In this document: positions 23,449 to 37,363 of the stretch, in pieces | How the letters are laid out: every line of letters starts with the position of its first letter | How positions within the stretch are numbered: the first letter of the stretch is position 1 | Assembly: GCA_951406725.2 (NCBI GenBank) | Contig: OX597814.1 | Span: 176,824,001-176,888,000 of the forward strand | Direction: 5' to 3' | Source: Octopus vulgaris | Taxonomy: Eukaryota | DNA: 64,000 bases | Notes under the pieces: model-generated | Databases searched by the model: none | Told to the model about the DNA's origin: nothing | Seen by the model: the letters and a program-made list of their open reading frames with translations, nothing else | Made by a program: the position numbers and the translations under genes

Positions 23449-23772
23449 GGTGAAGGCACATGGCTCAGTGGTTAGTGTCGGGCTCACAAATCATGAGGTA
23501 GTGAGTTCGATTCCTTGTACCAGGCTGTGTTGTGTTTTTGAGCAAGACACTTTATTTCATGTTGCTCCAGTTCACTCATCAGTAGAAATGAGTTGTGATG
23601 TCACTGGTGCCAAGCTGTATCAGCCTTTGCTTTTCCTTTGGATAACATCAGTGGCATGGAGAGGGGAGGCTGGTATGTTGGTCTTCCACAAACAACTTTG
23701 TCCAGACTTGTGCTTTGGAAGGGAACTTTCTAGCTGCAATCCCATGGTCATTCATGATCAAAGGGGGTCTTT
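23449..23772 (+). mobile_element. tRNA-derived SINE (family D)
   Basis: A box TGGCTCAGTGG and B box GAGTTCGATTCC. Related copies at 49501-49822 and 55463-55797. Confidence 0.85.
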
Positions 23773-24641
23773 ACCCCATCCTTGAAGAATAAACTCTTTC
23801 TACCTTCCCTTTCCAAATCCTGGCATCTTTTGTTTCCTCACTGCCCAATATTCTTACCCTCTATAAATCATGAATTCTATGTGTCTTTTACTAAAATATT
23901 TTAAAATAGATTTCTGGGTGAAGTTGGTTTGTCCCCTTGCCCACCATTTCCATCATATATAGTCCTTTCTTCCCCACCAACTGAACATCATCTGTTTGGC
24001 TCCAGACATTGATTCTTTCTACTTTTACTTTCCAATTGTAGCTTCTCTCCATGTTTGCCTGGCTAACCTCACACACCCTCTCATTCAGCCTTTCCCACCT
24101 CACAGCACATCATTTCATTTCCCTATTTACAACCAAAGCAACACCACTATTTCTTTCTCTCTTCGTCATACACAGTTTAAGGACAAGCTCTGTCCTACAT
24201 AAACTTCAACCCTCTTTATAGTAAACTCAGCAAACCAGTTGTCACTGATGCAGACCATCTTAATTGGATTTGGGATTTTACAATGTTAACTAAACTGGAT
24301 GACTTAGTGTTAGCATATTTAATGCATTGAGTATCCAAACACTAACTGAAAAAGTATGTTGAAGAAAAATCTTGTCAAGTTCTGTTGAGCTCAATATAAA
24401 TAAATTTGATATAAATGCTGATTAATATACAAATAATGTGAAAAATTACAGTTATTTTAGGAAATCAATCCAGACTTTCAAAATTTAAAGATAGGTACAA
24501 GCATGGGTGTGTGATTAAGGACTAAATTTTAGTATGTGTTCAGTCCCACTACATAGCTCCTTGGCCAAGTGTCTGCTACTAAAGCCATGGGCTAACTAGG
24601 CAATGCCTTGTGAGTAAATTTTGTAGATAGAAACTGTGTGG

Positions 24642-24856
24642 TGAGCTGGCAGAAACGTTAGCATGCCAGGTGAAATGCTTAGTGGTATTTCGTCTGTGTT
24701 TATGTTCTGAGTTCAAATTCTGCTGAGATTGACTTTGCCTTTCATCCTTTTGGGGTTGATAAATTAAGTACCAGTTATGCACTGGAGTCAATGTAATTGA
24801 CTTAATCCCTTGTTTGTCCCCTCTATGTTTAGCCTCTTGTGGGCAATAAAGAAATA
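24642..24856 (+). mobile_element. SINE family C (Meta-domain-like) nested in a family B SINE
   Basis: Contains GACTTTGCCTTTCATCCTTT..GGGT.GATAAATTAAGTACCAG. TSD AGAAACTGTGTGG on both sides. Confidence 0.88.
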
Positions 24857-26179
24857 AGAAACTGTGTGGAAGCCCATGATATATATATATAATGTGTGTA
24901 TTTCTGTGTTTGTCCTACCACTGCTTGACACCTGATATTGGTTTGTTTACATCCTCGTAACCTAGTGGTTTGGCAAAAGGCACCAATAGGATAAGTGTCA
25001 GATTCGACTTAAAATTTAAGCACTGTGTTGAATTTGTTTGACTAAACTCTTAAAAGGTGCAATTCTACCATTGCAAAAAAAAAAAAAAAAAAAAAGACGG
25101 AACATATCTTTAAATACAGAGCATTAAAGGTTGAAATGGAAATATTAAATTTAGTTATGAAAGCAATGCACCACAACAGAAGATGGAATCAGGAATGCTG
25201 GCAAAATGATGATAAAATTGATACAGAACATTTGACACGCATACATTTGTGAGCATAGTAGGACTGTCTGTCTCCATACTGAACCTACCCAACATTCCTC
25301 ATAGTAGCATTCTAAACTTAAATCTTAATGCGCCTTTCTCCTCACTCCCGCAAATCCTCAATTAAAAAAAGAGAAAACAAAAGAATTGCATCAAACATCA
25401 ATTTTCCCTTAACAGCCATATATCTTTTGTAGAAAGATTTCCACAGGTAAATCCCCCCATAAATCTGATTGCATATAACAGCCTAAATTAGTCATCAAAA
25501 TAATTGATTTTTTTTTTTTTTGTTTTAATTAGCAGAATTGCTTAATAGTGAAACTATATTTTGATTTGCAGAATATTTGAATAAATTCCTTGGATTCCAT
25601 TCCAACCACACTAGAGAGAGGAAGAGAGAGAATTAAGTTGCAAATTAAAAGAAAGGATGGAATGTTGAAAAATTTTAGAAATTTAAAATAAAAAAAAATT
25701 GCACTTAGATATTTGAAGTTAAATCAAATTTCTTTTAATCAAAATAATTTTAATTTTCAACAATTACTAGAGTCAGTGTTAATTCAAATAAACTATGATA
25801 GTCCAACCCATGTCAGCATGACAAATGGACATTAAATGATGATGATACATAGTTTTTACAAGATTTTATCAGAATCACGTAAGATCCAATATGTAAATAT
25901 CAGCTGTTGGGTTCCTTTAACCCATTTCCCATTTATATCCACATGGTTTGACCAATGCCTTGTGACAGGAATTTGAGACGGAAACGGTAACTTCTTGTGT
26001 ATGTATGTGTGTACTGGTATAAATCAGTAAGTCAAGCAGGGGTACCTTGTGGTAAATTCATCCCTAAATAGACAAAATACACAAGAAAGCTTAAATATTC
26101 AATTAAAAATAGATCCAATAAAATGAGTACCAGACTAAGTACTGTGATCAACATAATTTCCTAAAATCCTTGAAAACTG

Positions 26180-26450
26180 TGCCCTAGTAAAGACTCAACT
26201 TGTCTTGTAATGGTATTCACCCAGGTAGGGTTAAGTTGGCTCCCATTGAGTTCACCACATCATGGGTCAAGGTGATCCATGCATGTCTGTTGGTGGCCAA
26301 GTCTGCAATGTGTTGAGGCCATTCCCAGTTCCAGTGATGAACGCCAAAGACTCGAGGGCCAGAAATGAGCTCCATATCTGCTTTGACTGTTGCATGTCAT
26401 GTCTTCAGCTGACCACTTCTCCACTTATGCTAACCCAGGGAAGGAGATGG
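26180..26450 (-). mobile_element. RTE LINE 3' end
   Basis: Translates to GQLKT*HATVKADMELISGPRVFGVHHWNWEWPQHIADLATNRHAW. Confidence 0.75.
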
Positions 26451-26466
26451 TAGTATTGTCTTCTGG

Positions 26467-26693
26467 ATGAGCTGGCAGAAACGTTAGCACACCGGGCGAA
26501 ATGCTTTGTGGTATTTCGTCCACCACTGCGTTCTGAGTTCAATTTCCACTGAGGTTGACTTTGCCTTTCATCCTATCAGGGCTGATAAATTAAGTACCAG
26601 TTACGCACTGGAGTCGATATAATCAACTTAATCCATTTGTCTGTCCTTGTTTGTCCCCTCTATGTTTAGCCCCTTGTGGGTAGTAAAGAAATA
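26467..26693 (+). mobile_element. SINE family C
   Basis: Family body with ~20-bp TSD AGTATTGTCTTCTGGATGAG. Confidence 0.88.
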
Positions 26694-28736
26694 AGTATTG
26701 TCTTCTGGATGAGTTCATCATGGGAGCACTACAATATGTAACCAAACCACTGTGGTCTCCTTGTCAGAAAAGTACTCTCAAGAGGTGAGAAACTGTAATG
26801 AGCATAAAGTTGTCAGTTCGAAACGCAGTCTGAGATGCAACCTACTGATTAAAAACAGTCCACGAATAACTGTAGTTAATTAGAGAACCTACACGTTAAT
26901 AAAGTTATGCAACAAAAACAGGATACATAACTCCATTTGGGCACGTTTGCATATATATATGTGCCAAATGTTTTAAGCAGTCTTTCAATAATTTTCTTCC
27001 TAATCCAAAACAATGGTAACTAAAATAGTCTGGTAGACTACAAGAAAGTTATTTATATGCTTGTATGCAATTATCATTATTCTCATTATTATTATTATCA
27101 TAATATTTTTTCTTTTGCTTTATTTTCAATTAAAGTGGAACACTCACATTAATAGTTTTGACAAGTAGCTGAAAGATTTCAATGTATTTCAAAAGTGCTT
27201 TAGTTTTTTTAGGAAAATTTTTGCTTTGCAAGGAGAGCAGTGCTTTTTCTGAATGTAATAATAGATTAGGTCTTGAAAGGAGAAAGAAAGAAATGAAAAA
27301 ACAAAACAAAACAAAGAACAAAACAGTTTCTATTGATTGGTAGATGAAAACATAATTGAATAGCCAGCGGAAAAGGTCAGGATGAATCCCAGTTTTATTT
27401 TACTTGTTGTTGGCTGTGCAATTAGAAGTTTTGATAAGAACAATAAGTTTCCAGACGTATATTGTTATAGAGGTTATTAGATCTCACTTGAATATCTTCA
27501 GGCAGAAACCACGAAAAATAATAGCAATAAAAAAAAAAATTTAAGTGGAAAAATTACATAGAATTTTTCTATACTAGCTTCAATTGTTCAATTGATTTTT
27601 TTCCCTTTCAGTATTTTTTACATGTATTTTCTCCTAGGTAAGCATGAATAGTTGTTTTAAGGAAAAAGCTAAAAAAAATTATGCTTGCAATATAAATTGC
27701 TGGAGCATCTATTTTTTTTACAGCTGGAAGTTGAAAAGTATTCTACACAAGTGGGTATGTTATCTGCTGTTAGCTTGGTAGAATGATATAAAAACTGTGA
27801 AGCACCCTGATGTGGGCTGTAACACAATTGTTGTGATGAGATTTAAAATTATGATCCTGCAGCAAGTAACCTCTAAGGGTTTTATGATCAACTAAGACAA
27901 CGATTCAGCATGGAATTCTCAACTCTGCATTTTGTGGTCAGATACTCTTCTCAATGCCAATTACTCAACTGTATAGAAAGGATTCTCATCCATTTTACTG
28001 ATATTATCATCATTATTTAACATCCAATTTTCCATACTTGGATAGGTCAGAAAGAATTCAATGAGACAGCTGGCTGGATGCCCTTCCTGTTGCTAACCCT
28101 CACCTGTTTCTAATCAAGGTAATCTTTACCAATGGTCAGATACATTTTTCATGAAAGGCTGAAAGCAAACAGCATCATTTGCAGGACGGTGATGTCTGTT
28201 TACAACCATCACATGATGTCAAAGATACAATGACACACACACACACCACATGATGGGTTTCTTTCAGTTGCCATCTACCAAATCCAGTTACAAGCTCACA
28301 AGGCTCTGGTTGACAAGGGTCAATAGCAGAGGACACTAGCCCAAGGTGGGGCATAATGGGCCTGAACCCAAACTACATGGTTGGGAAGCACACCTCTTAA
28401 CCACATAGACACACCTACACTTATATATATGTAAGGGCACACGTCTCAGTGGTTAGGGTGTTGCAGTCACAATCACTAGATCATGATTTTAATTCCTAGA
28501 CTGAGTGGTGCATTGTGTTCTTAAGCAAAACACTTCATCTCATGTTGCTCTGCAATCATTTCAACATCTGATGCTTGGTACACAGTGCACCTGTTCAGGC
28601 AATGTTGATTTGATGGAGTGAGTGAGCTAATGTGCAGCATGAACATTTGATCATTATAAACAAATCATTTGTGCAGGTTGTTCGGCAAAGGCTGAACACT
28701 CGTACATCGTCTTCAACAAGAGACTCCATCATATAT

Positions 28737-29105
28737 ACTCTTTTATTCGTTTACTTGTTCCAGTCATTTGACTGCGGCCATGCTGGAGCACCACCTTTAG
28801 TTGAGCAAATCAACCCAAGGACTTGTTCTTTGTAAGCCTAGTACCTTATTATATCAGTCTCTTTTGCCGAACTGCTAAGTTTCGGGGACGTAAACACACC
28901 AGCATTGGGACAAACACAGACATATACACACATACATATATACAATGGGCATCTTTCAGTTTCCGTCTACCAAATCCAGTCACAAGGTTTTGGTCGGCCC
29001 GAGGCTATAGTAGAAGACACTTGCCCAAGATGCCACGCAGTGGGACTGAACCTGGAGCCATGTGGTTTGTAAGCAAGCTACTTACCACACAGCCACTCCT
29101 ATGCC
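28737..29105 (-). mobile_element. SINE family B
   Basis: Reverse complement of the 9733-10103 type. Confidence 0.85.
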
Positions 29106-29729
29106 TATTATATATATCTCTATAATGATTATCAAAATAAGACACAGTCCTCTTTAGGTAACAAATATATATCAATAACTTCTCAAAAATTGCACACTGA
29201 AATGAATAATTATGACTTGGGCAGGTATCTAGGTAAGAGTTCACATCCTACTGCAAGCAGCCCTATTTGATGGTGCTAAGATACTAGAATGTTTCTGTTG
29301 ACCCACCCAGCTGGAGAGTAGATAAGTGACCATCTTGAGAAAGACAGTCCAAGACAAGAGATATATTGTCTATTTAATGTTAATGAATCCACTGCAAGAA
29401 CTGATCAGATGGTTTAGTAATTATAAAGATTGACATTTTCTAAGTGATAACACAAACAGACCATTGTTTGATCCATAAATTGTATAGTCTACTAAAGGCA
29501 GGGGCATCCTTTCTTTTGAGAAGCAGGATGCACAACTTGAATAATTCAAGGTAATTTTTCATTAGGTGTTCCATTCAGAAAGGCTTGTATGCTACAGGTT
29601 ACCCATAACTGGGCAAAATAGTGTTAAACTAGGTAATGTGTTAGGCTTAGCCAATGGCAACAAGAACAGTTGCAATGTTTTATTATTGACTCTAGCACTA
29701 GAAAGGTTATCTTAGAAGGTTTAGAGGCT

Positions 29730-30330
29730 CCTTGCTGACCTTGACTTTCACTTCTCTATGTAGAATGTCATCCAGCTCCAAAAATCCCTAGATATCTATA
29801 GCCACTACTGTTGGGATCACCCATAGTCTCTCCTAATGATAACTGCAAACCTCTGCAGGCTGTTTTCTTCCCTCTTTTCATATTAAGTACTGAGTATTTG
29901 GTAATCTCAAATTCCATACCTATTTCTTTACTACCCACAAGGGGCTAAACACAGAGAGGACAAACAAGGACAGACAAACGGATTAAGTCGATTATATCGA
30001 CCCCAGTGTGTAACTGGTACTTATTTAATCGACCCCAAAAGGATGAAAGGCAAAGTCGACCTCGGCGGAATTTGAACTCAGAACGTAGCGGCAGACGAAA
30101 TACTGTAAAGCATTTCGCCCGGCATGCTAACATTTCAGCCAGCTCGCCGCCTTGAATCCCAAATTCCATACCGATGTCCCTACCACACATCTGGACTGTT
30201 TTGGTTAAGGACGCTATCTGTTTTTCAGATTTCCCAAGCAATTTCAGGTCATCCACAAACAGAAGATGGTTCAATGATGGGCCTTTCTTCCCACATCCGT
30301 AACCCATCTTAACTCTCCTAAGTGTCATTG
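29730..30330 (-). mobile_element. R4/Dong-like LINE reverse-transcriptase remnant interrupted by a SINE
   Basis: Reads NHLLFVDDLKLLGKSE...DIGMEFGI, then after the SINE GMEFEITKYSVLNMKRGK...YRYLGI. Confidence 0.75.
29921..30154 (-). mobile_element. SINE family C, full length
   Basis: Head GGCGGCGAGCTGG, tail GTAGTAAAGAAATA. 18-bp TSD AATC(T/C)CAAATTCCATACC. Confidence 0.9.
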
Positions 30331-31749
30331 TTTAGAGGTTGAGAGGCTCCAAGAGCTGTTGTAGAATCAACTTGGCAGCAGACAAGCATCCTATCAAGAG
30401 ACAGCTTCCTTTCTCATCCACTTAACTCTGGCGAGACCAGAGTTGAATTCTAGTCTTGTTGATCGATCCTTGTGAGCAATAATTTTATGGAAGACATAAA
30501 AGTTTTCTTTGCAGATTGATGGCAAATATGATGTGATGCAACTGAAGAAGATTTTCATAATATTGGTAAATATTTGAACGGCGACTTTGTAATGTATGTT
30601 TGTTGATAGAGATGGAATTATAAATGTGGTGAGGTTATGTGATCAGTGTTCACTGATGTGAATAATTTGCTTAAAAGCAATACTAGAAAACAATCAACTA
30701 ATTAGTAACAGAGTCTGAAATTAGTTGGTTCTGACTACAGTTCTGGCAATGTAGATTTATAGTCTATAGCTTAACCTTGGCAGCAGTAAGAGTAGACAGG
30801 AAGCTGGTAATTAGTAAAGTGGGCTTTATATAAGGGATAGCTTTTATAATGTCATGTAACAGAGGAAATGTATAGCGGCAGACAGCTAGTGACATTTAAC
30901 AAAGATAGTTTTTAGAACTGCAGACCAAGTTTGAGATTAGAGAAAGAAGAGTTTCTTTAGATAGTAAACAACATTAGAAGTGGAATGCTGAGGAAGACTG
31001 AACAGTAGGATAGAAGAGAAAGAAAGAGGAGGATGGAGGTGTGGTGGTGGTGGTAGTGGTGAAAGTAAACAAAAAGAAAGATGTGCATTTTGATGATAGA
31101 TGAAAAGATATAAATATATAAAGAGCTGATGAAATTCCTGATTGTATGAAAGAATTAGCCTGAAAGTTTGTAACAGACAGGATCTTACAAATATTGCAAA
31201 ACACATAATGGTACTTTTATACCATGGGCTATAAATATATTGAAGAGAGACCAAAGGTTGCAAAAGTGCAAGTAGTAGTATGTCTGTCATGATTACAGAA
31301 GATGTGTGGTTCAAACCCCAGGTAGCTTTTAGCCTTTTACCATCTGAGCGAGGTTTTAACCTAATATATTACAAGCCATTACTGACTGCTGTAGTTGCTT
31401 TCAGATACACCATTAAATGATTTATTCACACACACACGCACTAAAGTTGCAATGACTGGCTGCAAAATAATTGTAAATGGTAATGAGGAATCAATTGTAC
31501 TGAGACTGAAATTGCCTACAACATTACTGAGATGTTCAGTAGTCACAGAGATAGAGAAGACAAACGTCTTTGGTGGTTGCTTTAGCCCCACTACTAATTT
31601 AATTGTATTATAATATAAAGTGAGAGGTTATTTTCAAAGTCTGAAATGTTACATAAAAATCATTGCCAATGTTATTTATAAATACAAAAAATACATCTAC
31701 TAGAGAAGAGAAACTACATTATTAGCTTTAGAATTATCACTGTCATTTA

Positions 31750-32232
31750 GCACCATCCGAGTGTGATCGTTGCCAGAGCAGCCAACTGGCTTCCGTACCC
31801 GTGGCACGTAAAAGGGCACCATTCGAGCGTGATCGTTACCAACATCGCTTCACTGGCACCTGTGCTGGTGGCACTTTTAAAAAGATTCGAGCGAGGTCAT
31901 TGCCAGTACCGCCTGACTGGCCCTCGTGGCAAGTAAAAAGCACCCACTACACTCTCGGAGTGGTTGGCATTAGGAAGGGCATCCAGCTGTAGAAATTCTG
32001 CCAGATCAAGACTGGAGCCTGGTGCAGCCATCTGGTTTGCCAGCCTTCAGTCAAAATCGTCCAACCCATGCTAGCATGGAAAGCGGACGTTAAACGATGA
32101 TGATGATGATGATTTAGCATCTGTTTTCCATGCTGGCATGGATTAGATGGTTTGAGTGGAACTGTAAGCTGGAGAGCTGTACTAGGCTCCACTCTAGTTT
32201 GGCTTGATTTCTATGGCTGGATGCCCTTCCTA
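31750..32232. mobile_element. Tail-to-tail pair of family A retroposons
   Basis: Plus-strand copy ends in (GAT)n near 32112 and is followed at once by a diverged minus-strand tail. Confidence 0.85.
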
Positions 32233-33099
32233 AAACATAATGAAAATAATGAAATGTGCTATAACACAGCAAATCAAAGTATAGTTGTTTGTCTCCAAGA
32301 TTAGTCCTGCCTGAACAGACATAGGATGAAAGGCATGAACTGTCTGTTGTATTTTCAGCAATAGTGTATCTCAGACCATATCATCCAATGCATTTGCTTT
32401 TCAACATGTTAGAGTATGATTAAAGGAAGAATTAGCCCAGTAGAATCAGCCTCAAGCAGTAATATATTTATCCCTTGTGGGTAAAAGTTTTTGTGCCACA
32501 TGGGTAAATATATTCTGCTTGATCAGATGTTATTATACAATCCTCAAGCTTTATCAAAAATATTCAGATTGGAGCTAGTGCAGCCATCTGGTTCGCCAGT
32601 CCTCAGTCAAATCGTCCAACCCATGCTAGCATAGAAAGCAGATGTTAAACGATGATGATTCTAGAATACTTTTTTACACAGTTTTGCAGTGTATTGCCAC
32701 AGAAAGTTATGCCATCTCTGCTAGGAAATCATTAGAAGCATGTGTAATGTATCAATGGATAGAGAACAATATGCCCAATGACACCAAATCTAACAAGAGA
32801 TTTTATCAACGACAATTCCAAAGTTTAATACCTTGATGTATATACATTTAGTATGATACACAGATGGCAATTTTAATTTAATGCTGATTCATTTGCCGTA
32901 AGGGGGTCATACATATATTATACAATGGTAGAGTGGGGTGTAATGAAAGAATAAACAAATTGTGATGCTTGCTGCTCATAATATTATTCCATATTTTTGC
33001 ATATAACTAAGAGGGACAGATAGTAAAATACATCAAGTCAATAAGGAGCAAATGACAGAGGAAGGGCTAAGAAGCACTGAAATAGAGGCCACTTCATTG

Positions 33100-33407
33100 T
33101 TGCTTTTGTTTGTTCCTTCTCGAGCCATGCCTGGCTATAAGGGCCGGTTTCCCGGTTTCTTGGCATATAGGTTCCCCACCTGGATGGGACACCAGTCCAT
33201 TGCAGGTGAGCTGCAAGATGTAGGAGGAAAGAGTGAGAGAAAGTTGTGGCGAAAGAGTTAGCAGAAGTTTCGCCATTACCTTCTGCCGGAGCCGCGTGGA
33301 GCTTAGGTGTTTCGCTCATAAACACACGCATCGTCCGGTCTGAGATTCGAATCTGTGATCCCTTGACTGCGAGTCCGCTGCTCCAACCACTAGGCCATGT
33401 GCCTCCA
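33100..33407 (-). mobile_element. tRNA-derived SINE (family E, V-domain-like core)
   Basis: Head TGGCCTAGTGG...GATTCGAATCTC, core ATGGACTGGTGTCCCATCCAGG, TSD CCACTTCATTG. Confidence 0.8.
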
Positions 33408-34230
33408 CCACTTCATTGCCTGCTCAGAACGAGATTTAAATGCAACTAGCAAGTTCTATAAAGCCATATTTTAGTATAATAATAATAGTGACCGTGAAGG
33501 AGGGTAGTCTTAAAGTTGCTATTGGACCAAGTCTGTCCTGATTGAGTAAGCTTCTAATTAAAGAAGATTTCAACTGTGACCACCCAGTTATTTTCTGCAT
33601 AGTGCATCTGAGACAGCAGTACCAGTGTGTTCCCCCAATTCCTTTTATTTTAGATGGTAAGGTGTGATATAAGAGAAATTTGACTGATATTTATAGTAAA
33701 TTGTGTAACCTTACAGAAGTTACTTAATTCTTCTGTGTTCATTAGAAAGGAGACTCTAGTGATGTGACAATGTCAACAGAAAAGGGTTATATGATAGTGA
33801 AAGTAGAAATAAGTTAAAGAAAATGATGAGACAATTCAGATATTTAAGAACATTGGGATTTAAGTAAAAGGGCCAATTTATAAGATACATTGTGTAATAG
33901 TAGTGGTAGTGGTGTGTGCACATATGTATCATTAACCTCATTATTGCTTTGATGTCTACTTTTCCATGCTAGTGTAAGTCAGATGGAATTCTTTGAGGCA
34001 GATTCTCAAAGGCTGGATGTTCTTCTTGTCATCAACCTTTACCAGTTTCCAAGTACGGTAGTATTTTTCCAGCACTGGACATGTATTTGTGAAAGATTGG
34101 AAATGAATGATACTAGTCGTATGACAGTGATACTTATTATAGCGATGGGGTATAACCAGATGATAATTAAGTCTCCTACATAAAGTCAAGAACAATCCCT
34201 CTGATGAGTTTACACAGTTTCCAACAACCA

Positions 34231-34617
34231 AATTTCTGTAACAAGGCTTTGGTCAATGTGAAACTATGTTAGAATTTAACTCAAAATCAGGCAGTCATAA
34301 AACAAATTTCTTAACCACACAACTGTACGTACACAGTGTGTCAAACTAAACAATGAACAAAGTCCACCACCCAAGGAAAGGTATAGTTTGAGAGGCCATT
34401 GTTTGTTTTACCATATATTTCACTACAAAGAAAAATTTTAAAAGTTCACCTAGTTCTTAAACAAAAAATAACATGCTTCTGAAGTGTTCATATTTAAATT
34501 GAAACCACCCTTCATCATTTAATTTATAAGAACTTTTTAAGCTATGTTCTGGCTAAATAATTAAGTCCCAAATTTTTCATTATTTTCAAATTTATTTGAA
34601 AACATTGAGCTCAAATG
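34231..34617 (+). repeat. Local direct duplication, copy 1 (~390 bp)
   Basis: Aligns by eye end to end with 37364-37753. Confidence 0.9.
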
Positions 34618-35159
34618 GGTGCAAAAAAAAAAAAAAAAGGGTACACTAGATAATGTAGCCCTAGATAGATTATAGTTGGAAAAAGGTCACATGGGCACAG
34701 TTTGAACATGTTTGACTATAAACTGTGGTTAAACAATAAAATATTAACATCAAAACTCAGCTGAATTCATTCAACTGAGTTTTGATGTTAACAGGAAATT
34801 TCTAACTGTAGGTGCAAGTGTCACTGTGTGGTTGAGAAGCTTACTTCCCAACCATATGGTCTTGGGTTCCAACCTACTGTACATACAGCACTTGGCCAAC
34901 TAGTGTCTTTTGACCAAAACCTTGTGGATTAATTTGGTAAACAGGAACTGCAAAAGGCTTGTCATATACATGTATATCTATGTGTGAGCTTGTGTGTTTG
35001 CAAGTAAACGTCATCACACAAGCAATACCATTCCTTTCTAGTCTTATATGAAAAACGTGTGGTTACAGGGAAATATAACCATATTTGAAAACAGGTGAGG
35101 GTTGGTGATAGGAAGGGCATCTAGCTGGAGAAAATCCTCCTCCTCATCCTCCTTTTCTA

Positions 35160-35612
35160 CTCCAGGCACAAGGCCCGAAATTTTGGGGGAGGGAGGGGCC
35201 AGTCGATTAGATCAACACCACTATGCAACTGTTACTTATTTTTATCGACCCTGAAAGGATGAAAGGCAAAGTCGAACTCAGCGGAATTTGAATTCAGAAC
35301 GTAAAGACAGATGAAACACCTATTTCTTTATTGCCCACAAGGGGCTAAACATAGAGGGGACAAACAAGAACAGACAAACGGATTAAGTTAATGATATTGA
35401 CCCCAGTGTGTGACTGGTACTTAATTTATTGACCCTGAAAGGATGAAAGGCAAAGACGACCTCAGCGGAATTTGAACTGAGAACGCAGCGGCGGACGAAA
35501 TACCACAAAGCATTTCGCCCGGCGTGCTAACATTTCTGCCAGCTCGCCGCCTTCCAAATACCGCTAAGCATTTTACCAGGTGTGCTAATGTTTCTGCTAG
35601 CTCGCTTGCCTC
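35160..35612 (-). mobile_element. Family C SINE (35321-35552) inserted in a related SINE
   Basis: Outer element is split at AAA(C/T)ACC, which is duplicated around the inner copy. Confidence 0.8.
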
Positions 35613-36491
35613 CTCCTTCTCATCATTTATTGTCTGCTCTCTATGCTGGCACAGGTTGGATGTTTCGACAAGGAGCTGTCCAAACTCCAATTGTCTGTTG
35701 TGGTATGGTTTCTATGGTTGGATGCCCTTCCTAACACCAACCACTTAGCTGAGTGTGATGGGTGCTTTTTACGTGCCACCAGCAAGGGTGTGTTAATGCA
35801 GCACTGGCACAAGTGCTTTTCAAGTGGCACCAACACAAATTCTGTCTGACCCATGCAAGCATGGAAAAGTGCACATTAAGTGAGGATGATGACAAAACAA
35901 CTTATCTAACCATATATAGTAATGCTTGCAGAATATAAGTCAAATTGTTATGAGGAATTGAAGGTCCATATCTTTGGCTCTTATTCCTGTGCCAACCTGT
36001 TAAATATAAACAGAAGCAAAAGTTACAGAAAAACAAACAAAAAAAGAAGCACTAGTGATGACTAGTAAAGGTATAAATAAATAAATACCCCAGCCTTATA
36101 TCCAATCAAATTCAAATGCCTGAATATAAAATTGTAGCTTAAAGGTAAAATAGATGACGAGCAAGTAAAAATATGGTTTTAATTAAGCTTAATTAAGCTG
36201 GAGATTACTAGAAGCAGCTGAGAAGTCCTGTTAGTTAAATAATAAAAATCACTGATGTTGGTGGTGGTGGCGTAGTAAGAGAGGTGGTGTGGGAGGGAGG
36301 CAAGTGACATTATGATAATTGAAGTTCACAGTGGCAGAACATCTGATGCTGTTAACAAAGAAATAATCACTTTGGATTAAAAATAATATGGAAAGACAAA
36401 TAGTGGCAAGTGTTTCAAGTAATCCAATGCCTAAAATCTAATTTTAATTACACATACACACATAGATGGGTGTATGTGTGAGGGTTATTTT

Positions 36492-36873
36492 TCTCTTTTA
36501 TTTGTTTCAGTCATTTGACTGCGGCCATGCTGGAGCACCACCTTTAGTCGAGCAAATCGAGCCCAGGACTTATTCTTTGTAAGCCTAGTACTTATTCTAT
36601 TGGTCTCTATTGCTGAACCGCTAAGTTACGGGGACATAAACACACCACCATCGGTTGTCAAGCAATGTTGGGGGGACAAACACAGGCACAAAAACATATA
36701 CACACGCATACATATATATATATATATACATATATACAACGGGCTTCTTTCAGTTTCCATCTACCAAATCCACTCACAAGGCTTTAGTCGGCCTGAGGCT
36801 ATAGCAGAAGACACTTGCCCAAGGTGCCACGCAGTGGGAATGAACCCGGAACCATGTGGTTGGTAAGCAAGCT
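36492..36873 (-). mobile_element. SINE family B
   Basis: Family B body and tail in reverse orientation. Confidence 0.85.
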
Positions 36874-37008
36874 GTCAAACAATTTGATAAATTCACTTGG
36901 TGTGTAGTAATGAAGAATCTAAAGTTCCTGGTCTTTGCTGTCTGTATAAAAGAGAGAGAGAGAGAGAGAATGAATTATTTGTGGTTTGGCTGTAATTAGA
37001 ACTAGATG

Positions 37009-37285
37009 GACCACTGAGCTGTACTTGTCTACATCTAGGAGGGCCATTTTATTGTACTTGGTCACAGCTAGGGAAATCACTGTGCAGTATGTAAAATCTC
37101 AGGTAGGGAGAATACTGTCCAGTACCTAGAATTTCAGCAAAATGTATTACTGTGCAGGACATAAACTCTTATGTATGTAGACCACTGTGCAGTATTTAAA
37201 ATCATAGGTAGGTGGACCATAGCATAATACCTGAAATCACAGTTGGGAGGACAACTCTTTAGTACCTAGCCATAGCTAGGTGGTC
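37009..37285. repeat. Degenerate ~35-bp tandem repeat, about 8 units
   Basis: Recurring (C)ACTGTGCAGTA..TAAAATC..AGGTAGG at ~35-bp spacing. Confidence 0.65.
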
Positions 37286-37363
37286 TGGACCATTTAAATA
37301 TTTCGATCAAAGGCACATTAATACAGTGCTAGCACTAAGATATGAAACATTGAGATATGAAAC

